From a virus (Duplodnaviria; Caudoviricetes), in IMG/VR virus record IMGVR_UViG_3300032213_000971, positions 1-60,505 of that record: a stretch of DNA of 60,505 nucleotides; one strand, given 5' to 3'. The notes under the pieces were generated by a model. That model worked only from the letters and a program-made list of their open reading frames with translations, did no database searches and was not told the DNA's origin. Of this stretch, positions 10,411 to 19,890 are shown piece by piece. The position numbers and the translations under genes are program-made. Each line of letters starts with the position of its first letter. The stretch's first letter is position 1.

Positions 10411-13400
10411 AATGGATTCTTTCGACATCCCCGACATTTCGTCTGATCTTATACACAATAAGGATCACTCCATTTCTGAAAAAAAGAAAAAGAAGGAAGA
10501 TGAATCTGGTTTTGATATTCCTGATGTGGAGTCGGATATTATCTCTATTGAGGATGGGAAAAAGGAAATTAGCCAAATACCTGAAGTAAAAGCTGATATT
10601 GAGGCAGCAAAGTATATGAGTGGAGAGATTGAGCCAACGGCTGCTCCTGCTCAAGAAAAACCAAGGCAAGAACAGTTTTCTCTGACTCCAGCATTGGGTT
10701 CTGGAATTCCATCACTAGAAAAGGATATCATAAAGACAGAACAGGCTCATGAACAGCCCGTTCGCGATATTGCAGATGATTTTGGTGATCAGTTGGAAAA
10801 GACCGGGCCGTGGGCTACAGAACTGCCATTTGTGAGAAAAATTGCCGGGGATCTTTCGGCAGAACAGCGCGAAAAGCTAATTGAGAGGCACAAATGGGTT
10901 TATGGTATGCTTTCCCCAGAGCAACAAGATCAATACTTTGCCGAAAACAAGCATTCTTCTCCATACAACTTTGAAAGTGCCAAAAAGGATGTGGGTTCTT
11001 TCATGCAATGGGTTGGAACTACAGGGAAGGCAGCGGTTGACGTTGGTCTTGATTTTACTGCTGCATACCTTACGGAACCACTAAAAGCAGCGATTGAAAA
11101 TGTGCCACAAAATGATCGCGTAAAATTAGCTAAAGAAGTACTTGATGCTGACATACGCAACGTAACCGGGGCGATACCTAATACGCTTACCGAGTCGTAT
11201 CGGATGCTTAAAAAGTATTACGGTGCTAAAACATTTTCAGACCTTACTGAAAGAATGGGTGATTCTGCATTGAACCCTGACCCAGTATCATTGTTGCCAC
11301 AATTAGCAGGCATTTTTTCATTGCCTACAATGATTGCATCAATGGGTAGGCTTAATGATCCTGATGCTGGAGGCGTAGCAGCAATTGACAACATTAATAC
11401 TTGGATAACCAAAGACGAAACAACTGCCAAAAAGCATTTCAAAAATCGCATGGAATCAGAGGCAGAAGACTCTGCTAATGATTGGAAAACAAGGCAAGGT
11501 TCTGAAAAGCTATCCCCGTGGTCGCAATGGATGTATAGCCCATTTGGACAGGGTGTAATGCTTGAACGAGAAAAAAGCCTTCTGCCTTCTCCTGAAGTAT
11601 ATGCCGCAACATATGGCATTACGGAAGCAGAAGCAGCAGGAAGGATTGAAGCCATTGCAGAAAAAAACGCTGACTACAATAGCCGGGATATAGCGCAGAA
11701 ATGGAACAACGAGTTTGATCAGGCAAAACAGGATTTTGGCGGATTCGTAACTGGGCCGATGGGAATGGGGCCGGGAGGTCTGGCACTAGGTGCCATTGGC
11801 CTCGCAAAGAAACTAGGCGGGGCAATGGAGGGCATCGGTCTTTCCGACGAGGCTTACAATGCGTATATGCGAGCGAAGCAAGCACGCACTATCAAGGCAA
11901 CAGAAAACTCCATTGAAGAGGCCCAGAAGCCACGTTTCTATGAATCTGGAGCGGACTACATAGTCGGTCAGCAGGCCGCTGCTGCCGATTGGGCAAAAGG
12001 AATGCTTGAGAGTATTCCAGAGGGCGCGAGACCATTTTTGCCTGTGGCTTTAAAGTATGCTGGGCTAGGAGGTGTAGGTGGAGCAGCGGGTGCTTTGGTT
12101 GATCCAGAAAGCCCGGGAATGGGTGCTTTGAAAGGTGCTGGTGTGCTTGCAGGGCTGGGCCTTGCACCCAGAGTCGTATCTGACCTTGGAAAGGCTAGGC
12201 GTGCGATTGGTGGTGGCGAGGGTGGTGTTTTCAAGACTGCTGGGCAGGCACCTGAATCAGCGTGGGCAACCCAAAAGTTGTTTGGTGGAAAAACTGGAGC
12301 AGTCGCTGATTATCTTACCGAGAATATAGGGCCACTTGCAAAAGCCGGGGTTCACCTAGGAACGCTGAACCTAGCTATGGGAACTATCAACAGCGACACT
12401 CCCAGCGAACTGATTAGCTCCACCATGCAGGGCATGATGATGGGATCAGGGTTCCACTCCTTGGGTGGCGGATTTAGGCTTTTGCATGAGAAGCCAATGC
12501 GGGAACAGATGGAGGACAGGAAAAAGCGCGATGTGGAGATTTACCATGCCGTGAAATCAGCTTCCCCGGAAACACAGCAGCAGTTGAACCGAATCGGAGA
12601 TTTTGAGAATGCCATCAATCGTTCAAAATTGAACACATTGATGATGGAGGCAAAACTGCAAGATGCATTGCAATCTGGTGACAAAAAGAAAGTCGATGAG
12701 GCGCAGAAGGCTGTAAATGTTGCAAGGGCAATACAGAAATCAATGTTGCGTGCAAACCTCCAGACCCGGAGTGAATATGGTCGTAATTTACGATCATTGT
12801 ATGCCGACATCCATGCTTTGGCAAATGGTGCTAGGAGTGGTCAGGGTCGCCTAAAGATTGAAGTACTGACCAGAGATCAGATCTTTGACCGTATCAATGC
12901 AGAAAACGATGCAAACAATTACGGAAAGACTCCAGAGCAGATGTGGCAAGAGTCTGGGATGCCCGGCAGATACAGCAAGAGCAAAGGAACTGCAATAATC
13001 AACGCTGACAACATTATGCGTAGGCAGACTCTTTTTGGTGAGTCTCCAACACAAGCCCTGCGGCATGAAGGTTTTGGTCATGGTCTTTACAACATCCCTG
13101 AATTTAGAAAGATGAATCAGGCCGCAGAGAGGCTTTTGTTTGATCAGCAAGAACGTGCGCTGAATGGTGATATCATCAAGCAAAGCAAAGGACGCTACAG
13201 CGACGATGATCTAATTTCCATGTACATGAACAACTACCTAAAAGGTAGTGATGTGGAGAAAATCCAATATGCCCGTGATATGGGGCTGTGGGATGAGGCA
13301 AACAACACCCTGAATCGTGAAGCCACAGTTCAGTACATGAAGGAAGAGGTTATTGCTGAACTAAACGCAGGAAACCTGAAATACGGCCTTGGTGCGCTTA

Positions 13401-16400
13401 AAAAGCAGGGTGGAGCAATTGAACAATGGCTGGAACACAATAAGGACAGGAATATGGTTGCTAGTGCCTTGTCCAGCCTCACCGGGATGGGTGCAAAGCC
13501 AATTTACAGCGAACTGCTAGAAACTGAATTCAGCCCTGAAGTAGTTGCTGCCAACAGGGAAGCACTTAAAAGCCTATCCAAGTATAATGGTAGGTTTGAA
13601 GAGTCAACGGAAGAGCAGTCTGGGACTGAACTTCCTGAAAAAGTTTTGAGTTCTGATTCTGCTCTTCGCACCCGTTATTCGCTTAACGGTGGCGAGTATA
13701 AGACGCAAATGGTGGCGGAAGTACGCGATAAGAACGGCAATCTAGTAGGAAGGCCGCTCCCGGTGGGAGATAATGCCGCCGAAGGATCTTGGGTGCATGA
13801 TGAGAACACAAACACAATCCAGCGCACCCGTGGATATGGTCAATTGCAAGAATCAGCAGCTATTCAAGTGCCTCTTGGTGGAAAAGTTACCGTCAAACGT
13901 GACTTTGTTTATGAACCAGATGGCATTACTCCAATCAGGAATTCCGATAAGGATATCAACACTTTAGAGTCGAACCGTGTTGAGGCTATTCGTCAGGCAC
14001 TTGAGACCGACGACCGTTTTGGTGGTCAGGGTCTGATCCCGGTGTCAGCAGATGGCGAAAGCTATAGCGGCATGCTTTCACCAAAGCAGCGCAAAGCGAT
14101 TGAGGATCTCCCGGAAAGCATTGTTCCGCTTTCAATGAAGGAAAAGATCTTTGAGCTTAATGATGCACTTGCAATGGATGATGGAAGCACGTTCGACATC
14201 GATTATGCACCTCGTTTGCAGGGCAAGAAGTACAAAGGTCGCCGGGCAGAGATTTACGGCATGATCCCGGTGAATTGGGGGCTTTCCAAGGCGGGTAATT
14301 TCTACATTCGTTCCGTATCTCTGGGTGCTTTGTTCCGCAAGGTAAAGGCCCGGAAAAAGTTGCTGCCCGGATGGTATGAGCCTTGGGGTGGGTCTACGGA
14401 GGCATTTATGGACGAGTTCCGTAATACCTACCTAAAGAACACCAAGGAAGGTAAGCCCGGGTGGATGGGCCTTGACCCGTCGAAACCTACGGAACAGACA
14501 CCTCTAGCAACGCTGAAGCAGAACAAGTTCAACGACATGCTGAACCTCGCGAATCGTCCCCGGGAGATCACTCCTCGCGACCCAGATAAGCGTAAGAGCA
14601 AGGCTGGAGAGGTTGATACTTTGTGGAGGTCATTCAGGGTGGACGCTATTGCTGACATGCTTAATACCCCGGAACGCAAATACCCGTTTGATGCAAAGCG
14701 TGTGTATGAGAATTTAATGCCACGGGAGGTTTCTGAAGAACTGACCCCACGGGATATTGAACGCGAAACAGGTAAAAATATTGATTTTGCGATTCCGCCT
14801 GAAGAAGAAGCAGCAAAGACTGCGTTGTACGAGAACAAGCGGCCACAATTTGGTGCAGCACGCACACTAAAAGAAGGTCATCCTGTATCTCTGCGAATCG
14901 ATATCCCTGCGTACAAGCGTGGAACCTATGTTGTTACTGTTCATGAGCAATCTGGGTCTAAAGGTGGAGTTGGCAGCGTTGTCGGGTACGACACGCATGC
15001 CCGGGTATACGACCCCGTATTTTCGTCCGACGAGAGGCTTGCTGGCAAAGTGGCTGCTGGAGGATCAAAAACTCCTCTAGCGACCGTTATGGGCGATTTC
15101 AACCCATCCCGGGAGATTCCCGCAGATATCGAAAGCTGGACACCGATTGGTTTTGACCCAAAGGAGCATAGTTTCTTTTATGATAAGGCAACTGACCGTC
15201 CTGTGATTGGTGGCGATGAGGCATACAGCGTAGGCAACACGGTATTTGTTAAAAACCCTGTATATGGTGAAAAGTCTGATTTTGCATACATGCCCCGTGA
15301 AGTAGCAGAAAGAGACGATGCACACCGCAAAGCTATTGATTCAGGCGACATGGAGACTGCACAAAGGATGGTTGACGAGGAAGCAGCTAGAAAAGGATAC
15401 GAAACTAAAGCATATCACGGAACAGACGCAGAAAAAATCGATGTGTTTGACAAAGATATGTTTGGTGAATCAACCGGGCAAGGTGACATCGGAGATGGTT
15501 TTTATTTTGCAACAACACCAGAGTTTGCTTCGGAATTTGGGAAAAACGTAATGCCTGTTTATTTGCAAAAAGGCAAATACGCTACCAATAAAGATTTGCT
15601 AGACCCAGACATTCAATCAGCAATTGACGACGACATGGGTTTCAAATCCGTTGCAGAGGTTTTGGCAGAAAAGGGATTTGATGGAATTAAATATGATCGT
15701 GGGAACAACAGGGTTGAGATGGTCGTATTCGACAATAATAAAGTCAAATCCGCAGATCCAATCACACGCGACGATGCAGGAAATGTGATCCCCTTGTCGC
15801 AACGCTTCAATCCAGAGAAAAATGACATTCGTTATCAGCCCCGGGAGGTTCAGGAAAAACTAGGTGCAGAAGAAGATCAGGAGCCTATGGGATATAAAAT
15901 CCCTACTATTCAGGCAAATATCCCTGAAAGCGTGGACAATGCAGCTACCTTGGAAAACGCATTTACAATTGCAGGAGGCCAAAAATGGCAAAAGGGAAGG
16001 GATCTTAAAGTTGCTTTGCAGCAGAATGTAAAAACTGAAGCTGCAAAATCCGGGGTAGATGTTTCTGTTCCATCACCACAAACTACCGAATATCTAGTTC
16101 GTGTTGGGAAGAAAGACGCTTTGGTTGCACTCAAGCAAAACGCAAATGCTATTGGATGGTACGATATAAAAACACGCCTAGCTATTAGGATTATGTCACT
16201 CATGCACCCTGAAATCATGACTGATGAAAATGCTAGACTTGCATTTACATGGGCATTAGCGACGACATCTAATGGATTAAAAGTAGGAAAAAATTTCCAG
16301 TTGGCAGAACGTGCGTACAGAAAATACAAAGAGACAGGGATTATGCCTAATGATATTGGCACAGGTACAGCAAAAGCTGCTATTAACGAATCTTTGGATC

Positions 16401-18049
16401 TTTTTAATAAACTATCCAAAGAATGGGGAACAGACAATCTGCGCCAATTCATGCAAACACCTTTTAGCGTTGCTGAAATCGCAGCTATCGACAAATCCCT
16501 AAAGCCGGGAGGTGAACACTCTCCAACTGTAGTTAAAGGTTCTGCTATTTTAGGGCCGAAGATTGGAAACGGGTTTTTTAGCAACCTGTACGGAAACTTT
16601 GATGCTCTTACAATGGATCGTTGGCTTGTGCGTACATGGGGACGCTGGACAGGAACCCTAATCGAAAGCGATCCGATTAATACTGAAAATCAACGCAATC
16701 GCTTGCAGGCAGCAGTACAAGCAATGACACCAGAGCAGGCCGCATCTATGAGCGAACTCGTTGGAAAGGATGTTGTAAGCACCCCAACAGATGAATTGGC
16801 TGTAGCAATTCAAAAGGCTTCTATGAAGCCTGAAAAGCGTGAGCAGATGCCAGACGAATTTAGGCTTTCTGGGAATGGACTTGCAAAGTATCTGGACGGG
16901 CAAAAAGAGGCACCAGCGGGGCCACATGAACGTACATACATCCGTTCTGTCTTCAGCCAAATACTTGATGAGCTACACCAAATTCCTGAATACAAGGATC
17001 TTACAATGGCAGATCTTCAAGCGGTTTTATGGTACGGAGAAAAGAGGTTGTATGAGACAGCAAAAGTAAAGATTGACGACGAGAACGACCCAGAGGGATA
17101 CTCTGATGAGGAGGCTCCTGACTACGCAAACGCAGCCGCAGAGGTTGCATTGGCAAACGGGATTTCTCAACGAAAACTTAATAATGCAATAGCACTAGAA
17201 AATGGACGCACAACAAATACACAATCAGGAGTTCAAGGGACTGACCAGCCCGGAGAGCAGGCAGCGTCTGGAGCTTTTACTCCAAGCAAAAAACGCTCCT
17301 TCGTCCAGACAAGGGCAATCGCTAGGGTTCGATCCAATAGAAGTGGCGATGAAGAACAATCCTTCTCTTACTCGCGAGGAAGTGGAGGAGGAGGCCAGCG
17401 CACACGGGTTCTAAAATCACTTGGTGTTCGTTATGTAGACGAATTCAAAGGTGGAGCGGGTCTAAAGCGGGTATTAAAAAACAACGGTGTTGATGCACCT
17501 TCGTATTTAGAAATTGATAACTCCGATTCTGCGAGCGTTCAGAAATTTGCTGACATGATTCAGGAAAGCAAAGAATCATCGCAATGGGGATCATCTGTGT
17601 ATGTGTATCCTAATGAGGATTACGCAAACATGCGTTTATTGATTGCAAAAGATGGCAAGTCAGGTGCTGCCGTTAAAAAAGATGGAGACATTGTTTCTGT
17701 ATTCAGCCATTCCGATAGCAAGGCTGGTCGTGCAGTACTTGAAGCTGCTATTGCCGCTGGAGGAACAAAGTTGGATTGTTTTGATACGGTTCTTCCTTCA
17801 TATTACGCTGCTCATGGGTTTAAAGCTGTTTCCCGGTTAAAATGGGACGATTCCCAAGCACCAGAAAACTGGGACAAGTCTGTTTATGGAAAACACAACA
17901 ATGGTGAGCCAGATGTCGTTTTCATGGCGTATGACCCATCTTATTATGGTACATACTCTATCAAAGACGGGAAAATTGCAGAATCCTATGACCAAGCATT
18001 AGAAATTCAAAAACGTGCTGTTAACAAATTGAAGAAAGCATCACAGTAA
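10400..18049 (+). CDS. Giant polyvalent internal virion protein (zincin-like HExxxH, ADP-ribosyltransferase, HhH-glycosylase-like and GNAT-like domains)
   Basis: HEGFGH at 13064-13081; AYHGT..GDGFYF..GFDGI..EMVVF (ART-PolyVal-like) at ~15300-15840; GPKIG..F..NL.G..TMDRW at ~16550; GGTKLDCFD..YYAAHGF near the C-terminus. Start is ATG 10400 or 10412. Confidence 0.85.
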   Translation: MPNKMDSFDIPDISSDLIHNKDHSISEKKKKKEDESGFDIPDVESDIISIEDGKKEISQIPEVKADIEAAKYMSGEIEPTAAPAQEKPRQEQFSLTPALGSGIPSLEKDIIKTEQAHEQPVRDIADDFGDQLEKTGPWATELPFVRKIAGDLSAEQREKLIERHKWVYGMLSPEQQDQYFAENKHSSPYNFESAKKDVGSFMQWVGTTGKAAVDVGLDFTAAYLTEPLKAAIENVPQNDRVKLAKEVLDADIRNVTGAIPNTLTESYRMLKKYYGAKTFSDLTERMGDSALNPDPVSLLPQLAGIFSLPTMIASMGRLNDPDAGGVAAIDNINTWITKDETTAKKHFKNRMESEAEDSANDWKTRQGSEKLSPWSQWMYSPFGQGVMLEREKSLLPSPEVYAATYGITEAEAAGRIEAIAEKNADYNSRDIAQKWNNEFDQAKQDFGGFVTGPMGMGPGGLALGAIGLAKKLGGAMEGIGLSDEAYNAYMRAKQARTIKATENSIEEAQKPRFYESGADYIVGQQAAAADWAKGMLESIPEGARPFLPVALKYAGLGGVGGAAGALVDPESPGMGALKGAGVLAGLGLAPRVVSDLGKARRAIGGGEGGVFKTAGQAPESAWATQKLFGGKTGAVADYLTENIGPLAKAGVHLGTLNLAMGTINSDTPSELISSTMQGMMMGSGFHSLGGGFRLLHEKPMREQMEDRKKRDVEIYHAVKSASPETQQQLNRIGDFENAINRSKLNTLMMEAKLQDALQSGDKKKVDEAQKAVNVARAIQKSMLRANLQTRSEYGRNLRSLYADIHALANGARSGQGRLKIEVLTRDQIFDRINAENDANNYGKTPEQMWQESGMPGRYSKSKGTAIINADNIMRRQTLFGESPTQALRHEGFGHGLYNIPEFRKMNQAAERLLFDQQERALNGDIIKQSKGRYSDDDLISMYMNNYLKGSDVEKIQYARDMGLWDEANNTLNREATVQYMKEEVIAELNAGNLKYGLGALKKQGGAIEQWLEHNKDRNMVASALSSLTGMGAKPIYSELLETEFSPEVVAANREALKSLSKYNGRFEESTEEQSGTELPEKVLSSDSALRTRYSLNGGEYKTQMVAEVRDKNGNLVGRPLPVGDNAAEGSWVHDENTNTIQRTRGYGQLQESAAIQVPLGGKVTVKRDFVYEPDGITPIRNSDKDINTLESNRVEAIRQALETDDRFGGQGLIPVSADGESYSGMLSPKQRKAIEDLPESIVPLSMKEKIFELNDALAMDDGSTFDIDYAPRLQGKKYKGRRAEIYGMIPVNWGLSKAGNFYIRSVSLGALFRKVKARKKLLPGWYEPWGGSTEAFMDEFRNTYLKNTKEGKPGWMGLDPSKPTEQTPLATLKQNKFNDMLNLANRPREITPRDPDKRKSKAGEVDTLWRSFRVDAIADMLNTPERKYPFDAKRVYENLMPREVSEELTPRDIERETGKNIDFAIPPEEEAAKTALYENKRPQFGAARTLKEGHPVSLRIDIPAYKRGTYVVTVHEQSGSKGGVGSVVGYDTHARVYDPVFSSDERLAGKVAAGGSKTPLATVMGDFNPSREIPADIESWTPIGFDPKEHSFFYDKATDRPVIGGDEAYSVGNTVFVKNPVYGEKSDFAYMPREVAERDDAHRKAIDSGDMETAQRMVDEEAARKGYETKAYHGTDAEKIDVFDKDMFGESTGQGDIGDGFYFATTPEFASEFGKNVMPVYLQKGKYATNKDLLDPDIQSAIDDDMGFKSVAEVLAEKGFDGIKYDRGNNRVEMVVFDNNKVKSADPITRDDAGNVIPLSQRFNPEKNDIRYQPREVQEKLGAEEDQEPMGYKIPTIQANIPESVDNAATLENAFTIAGGQKWQKGRDLKVALQQNVKTEAAKSGVDVSVPSPQTTEYLVRVGKKDALVALKQNANAIGWYDIKTRLAIRIMSLMHPEIMTDENARLAFTWALATTSNGLKVGKNFQLAERAYRKYKETGIMPNDIGTGTAKAAINESLDLFNKLSKEWGTDNLRQFMQTPFSVAEIAAIDKSLKPGGEHSPTVVKGSAILGPKIGNGFFSNLYGNFDALTMDRWLVRTWGRWTGTLIESDPINTENQRNRLQAAVQAMTPEQAASMSELVGKDVVSTPTDELAVAIQKASMKPEKREQMPDEFRLSGNGLAKYLDGQKEAPAGPHERTYIRSVFSQILDELHQIPEYKDLTMADLQAVLWYGEKRLYETAKVKIDDENDPEGYSDEEAPDYANAAAEVALANGISQRKLNNAIALENGRTTNTQSGVQGTDQPGEQAASGAFTPSKKRSFVQTRAIARVRSNRSGDEEQSFSYSRGSGGGGQRTRVLKSLGVRYVDEFKGGAGLKRVLKNNGVDAPSYLEIDNSDSASVQKFADMIQESKESSQWGSSVYVYPNEDYANMRLLIAKDGKSGAAVKKDGDIVSVFSHSDSKAGRAVLEAAIAAGGTKLDCFDTVLPSYYAAHGFKAVSRLKWDDSQAPENWDKSVYGKHNNGEPDVVFMAYDPSYYGTYSIKDGKIAESYDQALEIQKRAVNKLKKASQ
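17202..17414 (+). CDS. Candidate overprinted small protein (alternate frame inside the polyvalent gene)
   Basis: 70-aa ATG ORF with A-rich leader and a helical C-terminus (NPSLTREEVEEEASAHGF). The main frame is low-complexity linker over the same interval. Confidence 0.5.
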   Translation: MDAQQIHNQEFKGLTSPESRQRLELLLQAKNAPSSRQGQSLGFDPIEVAMKNNPSLTREEVEEEASAHGF

Positions 18050-18060
18050 TAAAAAAACAC

Positions 18061-19368
18061 ATGAAAGACATCAAAGACCCATCCGATGTAGTTGCGCTAG
18101 TAGTCGATAACGGATTATTTGTGGAACTTGCCCTGAAGCTATCAAAGACTTTTAAAAAGGTTTACTATTACGTCCCTTGGGAGTCGGCTTTTGCGAAGAT
18201 GAATCTGGCAAAAATTGGCCTAGGCATGGAAGGTCTTGAGGTTGTAGACAGCATCTATGGGCCTCATTTCGACGAGGTTGACCTTTTCTGCTTCCCGGAC
18301 ATCTACATGGGATGGGAGCAGGAGCATCTTGAAAAACTTGGCAAGGTTGTATGGGGATCACGCACAGGCGAGTGCTTGGAGCTAAACCGGGAGGGCATGA
18401 AAGAAATCCTGACAGCATTAGATATGCCTGTCGGGAAATTCTGGCACATCAAAGGCATGGCAAACCTCCGGGCCTTCCTCAAGGAGCATAAGGATGTCTA
18501 TGTAAAGATCGACAAGTACCGGGGAACATTTGAGACATTCCACGCTAAAAGCTACAAGGAGGTGGAGCCGAAGCTGGACGAGGTAGAATTCAATCTTGGT
18601 GCGTTCAAGCACATCATTGAATTCACGGTTGAAGCTGCGCTCCCGGATCGCGTTGAGGTTGGAACTGACTGCTGGGCTATTACGTCCCCAGAAGGCGAGT
18701 GCCAGTACCCGGAACACCTTATCTCTGGCATCGAAATCAAGGATGTTGGATTTGCCAGCATCTTTAAGAAGTACAAAGACCTCCCGGAGGTAGTTACCCG
18801 CTTTAACGAGCGAATGAAGCCAGTATTTGCTGCCTACAACTGGCGAGGATTTGTTAGCACAGAGGTTCGTATCGGAAAGGACATGGAGCCTTATATGATC
18901 GACCTGTGCGCTCGCGCCCCCTCGCCTCCTAACGAGCTTTACCAAGAGCAATACGCTAACCTAGCAGAGTGCATCTGGTATGGTGCCAATGGCATCGTCG
19001 TTGAGCCAGCGGCCAAGGCAAAATTCGGTGCCGAGATCATGCTGCATAGCTCATGGGCCGACAAGGGCTGGCAACCAATCTCGTTCCCAGAAGAAATCCG
19101 CGACATGGTCAAGCTCCGTAACGCTACGGTCATCGATGGCGTTTATTACGCGATCCCACAAGCCTGCGGACTACCTGAATGCGGTGCTGTGATTGGCCTT
19201 GGAAATACGATGAAGGAAGCACTCGACAACGCAGTTGAGAATGCCGAACAAATTACTGGGTATTACCTTGAGGCGAAGATGGGAGCTATCGACAACATCA
19301 AGGAAGAGGTAAAGAAACTCGACGAGCTTGGTCTGAATATGTACGCCGACGATGAGAATAATTCTTGA
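18061..19368 (+). CDS. ATP-grasp ligase (PurD/GAR synthetase-like fold)
   Basis: LELNRE.MKEIL...DMPV, YVKID, and STEVRI....YMIDLCARAPSPP, which matches the ATP-grasp E-x-N-x-R-like region. Confidence 0.75.
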   Translation: MKDIKDPSDVVALVVDNGLFVELALKLSKTFKKVYYYVPWESAFAKMNLAKIGLGMEGLEVVDSIYGPHFDEVDLFCFPDIYMGWEQEHLEKLGKVVWGSRTGECLELNREGMKEILTALDMPVGKFWHIKGMANLRAFLKEHKDVYVKIDKYRGTFETFHAKSYKEVEPKLDEVEFNLGAFKHIIEFTVEAALPDRVEVGTDCWAITSPEGECQYPEHLISGIEIKDVGFASIFKKYKDLPEVVTRFNERMKPVFAAYNWRGFVSTEVRIGKDMEPYMIDLCARAPSPPNELYQEQYANLAECIWYGANGIVVEPAAKAKFGAEIMLHSSWADKGWQPISFPEEIRDMVKLRNATVIDGVYYAIPQACGLPECGAVIGLGNTMKEALDNAVENAEQITGYYLEAKMGAIDNIKEEVKKLDELGLNMYADDENNS

Positions 19369-19750
19369 GTCGATTCCGCCGAAAGAAATCCGATACAGCA
19401 CATGTGGTGACTGGCGTTTCAAGGACGATGGAACGCTAGTCGTCAATGTTCCGCTTTTTGAGAACAATGATGATTCGGCATTTCTTGTCGCGCTGCACGA
19501 ACTTGTTGAAGCATGGTTGTGTCGTCGGGATGGTGTGACTGAAGAAGAAGTTTCTGCATGGGACAAAAACAACCCTGCGCTGGAAGAACCGGGAGATAGC
19601 AAAAACGCACCATACCATCGGCAGCACTCTTACGCGATGCTGATTGAAAAGACCCTGTGCAAGCTCATGAGGAAGAATTGGGCGCAACACCAGAGGTGGG
19701 TAGAGGATTCTGCAAATGCGGTTGACCGGGCGCATGCCGGGGCAGAGTAG
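19352..19750 (+). CDS. Zincin-like putative metallopeptidase
   Basis: YSTCGDW and LVALHELVE motifs plus downstream YHRQH and E; overlaps the ATP-grasp stop. Confidence 0.55.
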   Translation: MRIILESIPPKEIRYSTCGDWRFKDDGTLVVNVPLFENNDDSAFLVALHELVEAWLCRRDGVTEEEVSAWDKNNPALEEPGDSKNAPYHRQHSYAMLIEKTLCKLMRKNWAQHQRWVEDSANAVDRAHAGAE

Positions 19751-19810
19751 AAAGCCGGGCAGGCTGTAGAGCCTGTATTTATGCGGCTCAAAAAAAACTA
19801 AAAAAAAGCA

Positions 19811-19860
19811 TTGACCGGGATGCCGCTTGGGATTAGTATCCCTATTGACGGTAGAAACAC
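19811..19860 (+). promoter_or_regulatory. Sigma70-type early promoter P1
   Basis: A-tract, then TTGACC-17bp-TAGTAT, then TGACGGTAGAAACAC element. Confidence 0.75.
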
Positions 19861-19890
19861 AACCAACACCAACCCATAAATAAATACGCC

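Noticed and set aside
15300-15840. ART as a T4 Alt/ModA-like modifier of RNAP alpha, linked to the alpha-CTD mimic
   Set aside because: The motifs are H-Y-E type rather than the R-S-E type of Alt/Mod, so the link is unsupported.
18061-19368. purD auxiliary metabolic gene
   Set aside because: Lacks the PurD N-terminal GxGGRE motif and has no purine pathway context, so the symbol is withheld.
19769-19808. GAGCC-11-GGCTC hairpin plus A tracts as the late-operon terminator
   Set aside because: The stem is short and the U tract would be on the minus strand; the A tracts fit a UP element of promoter P1 better.
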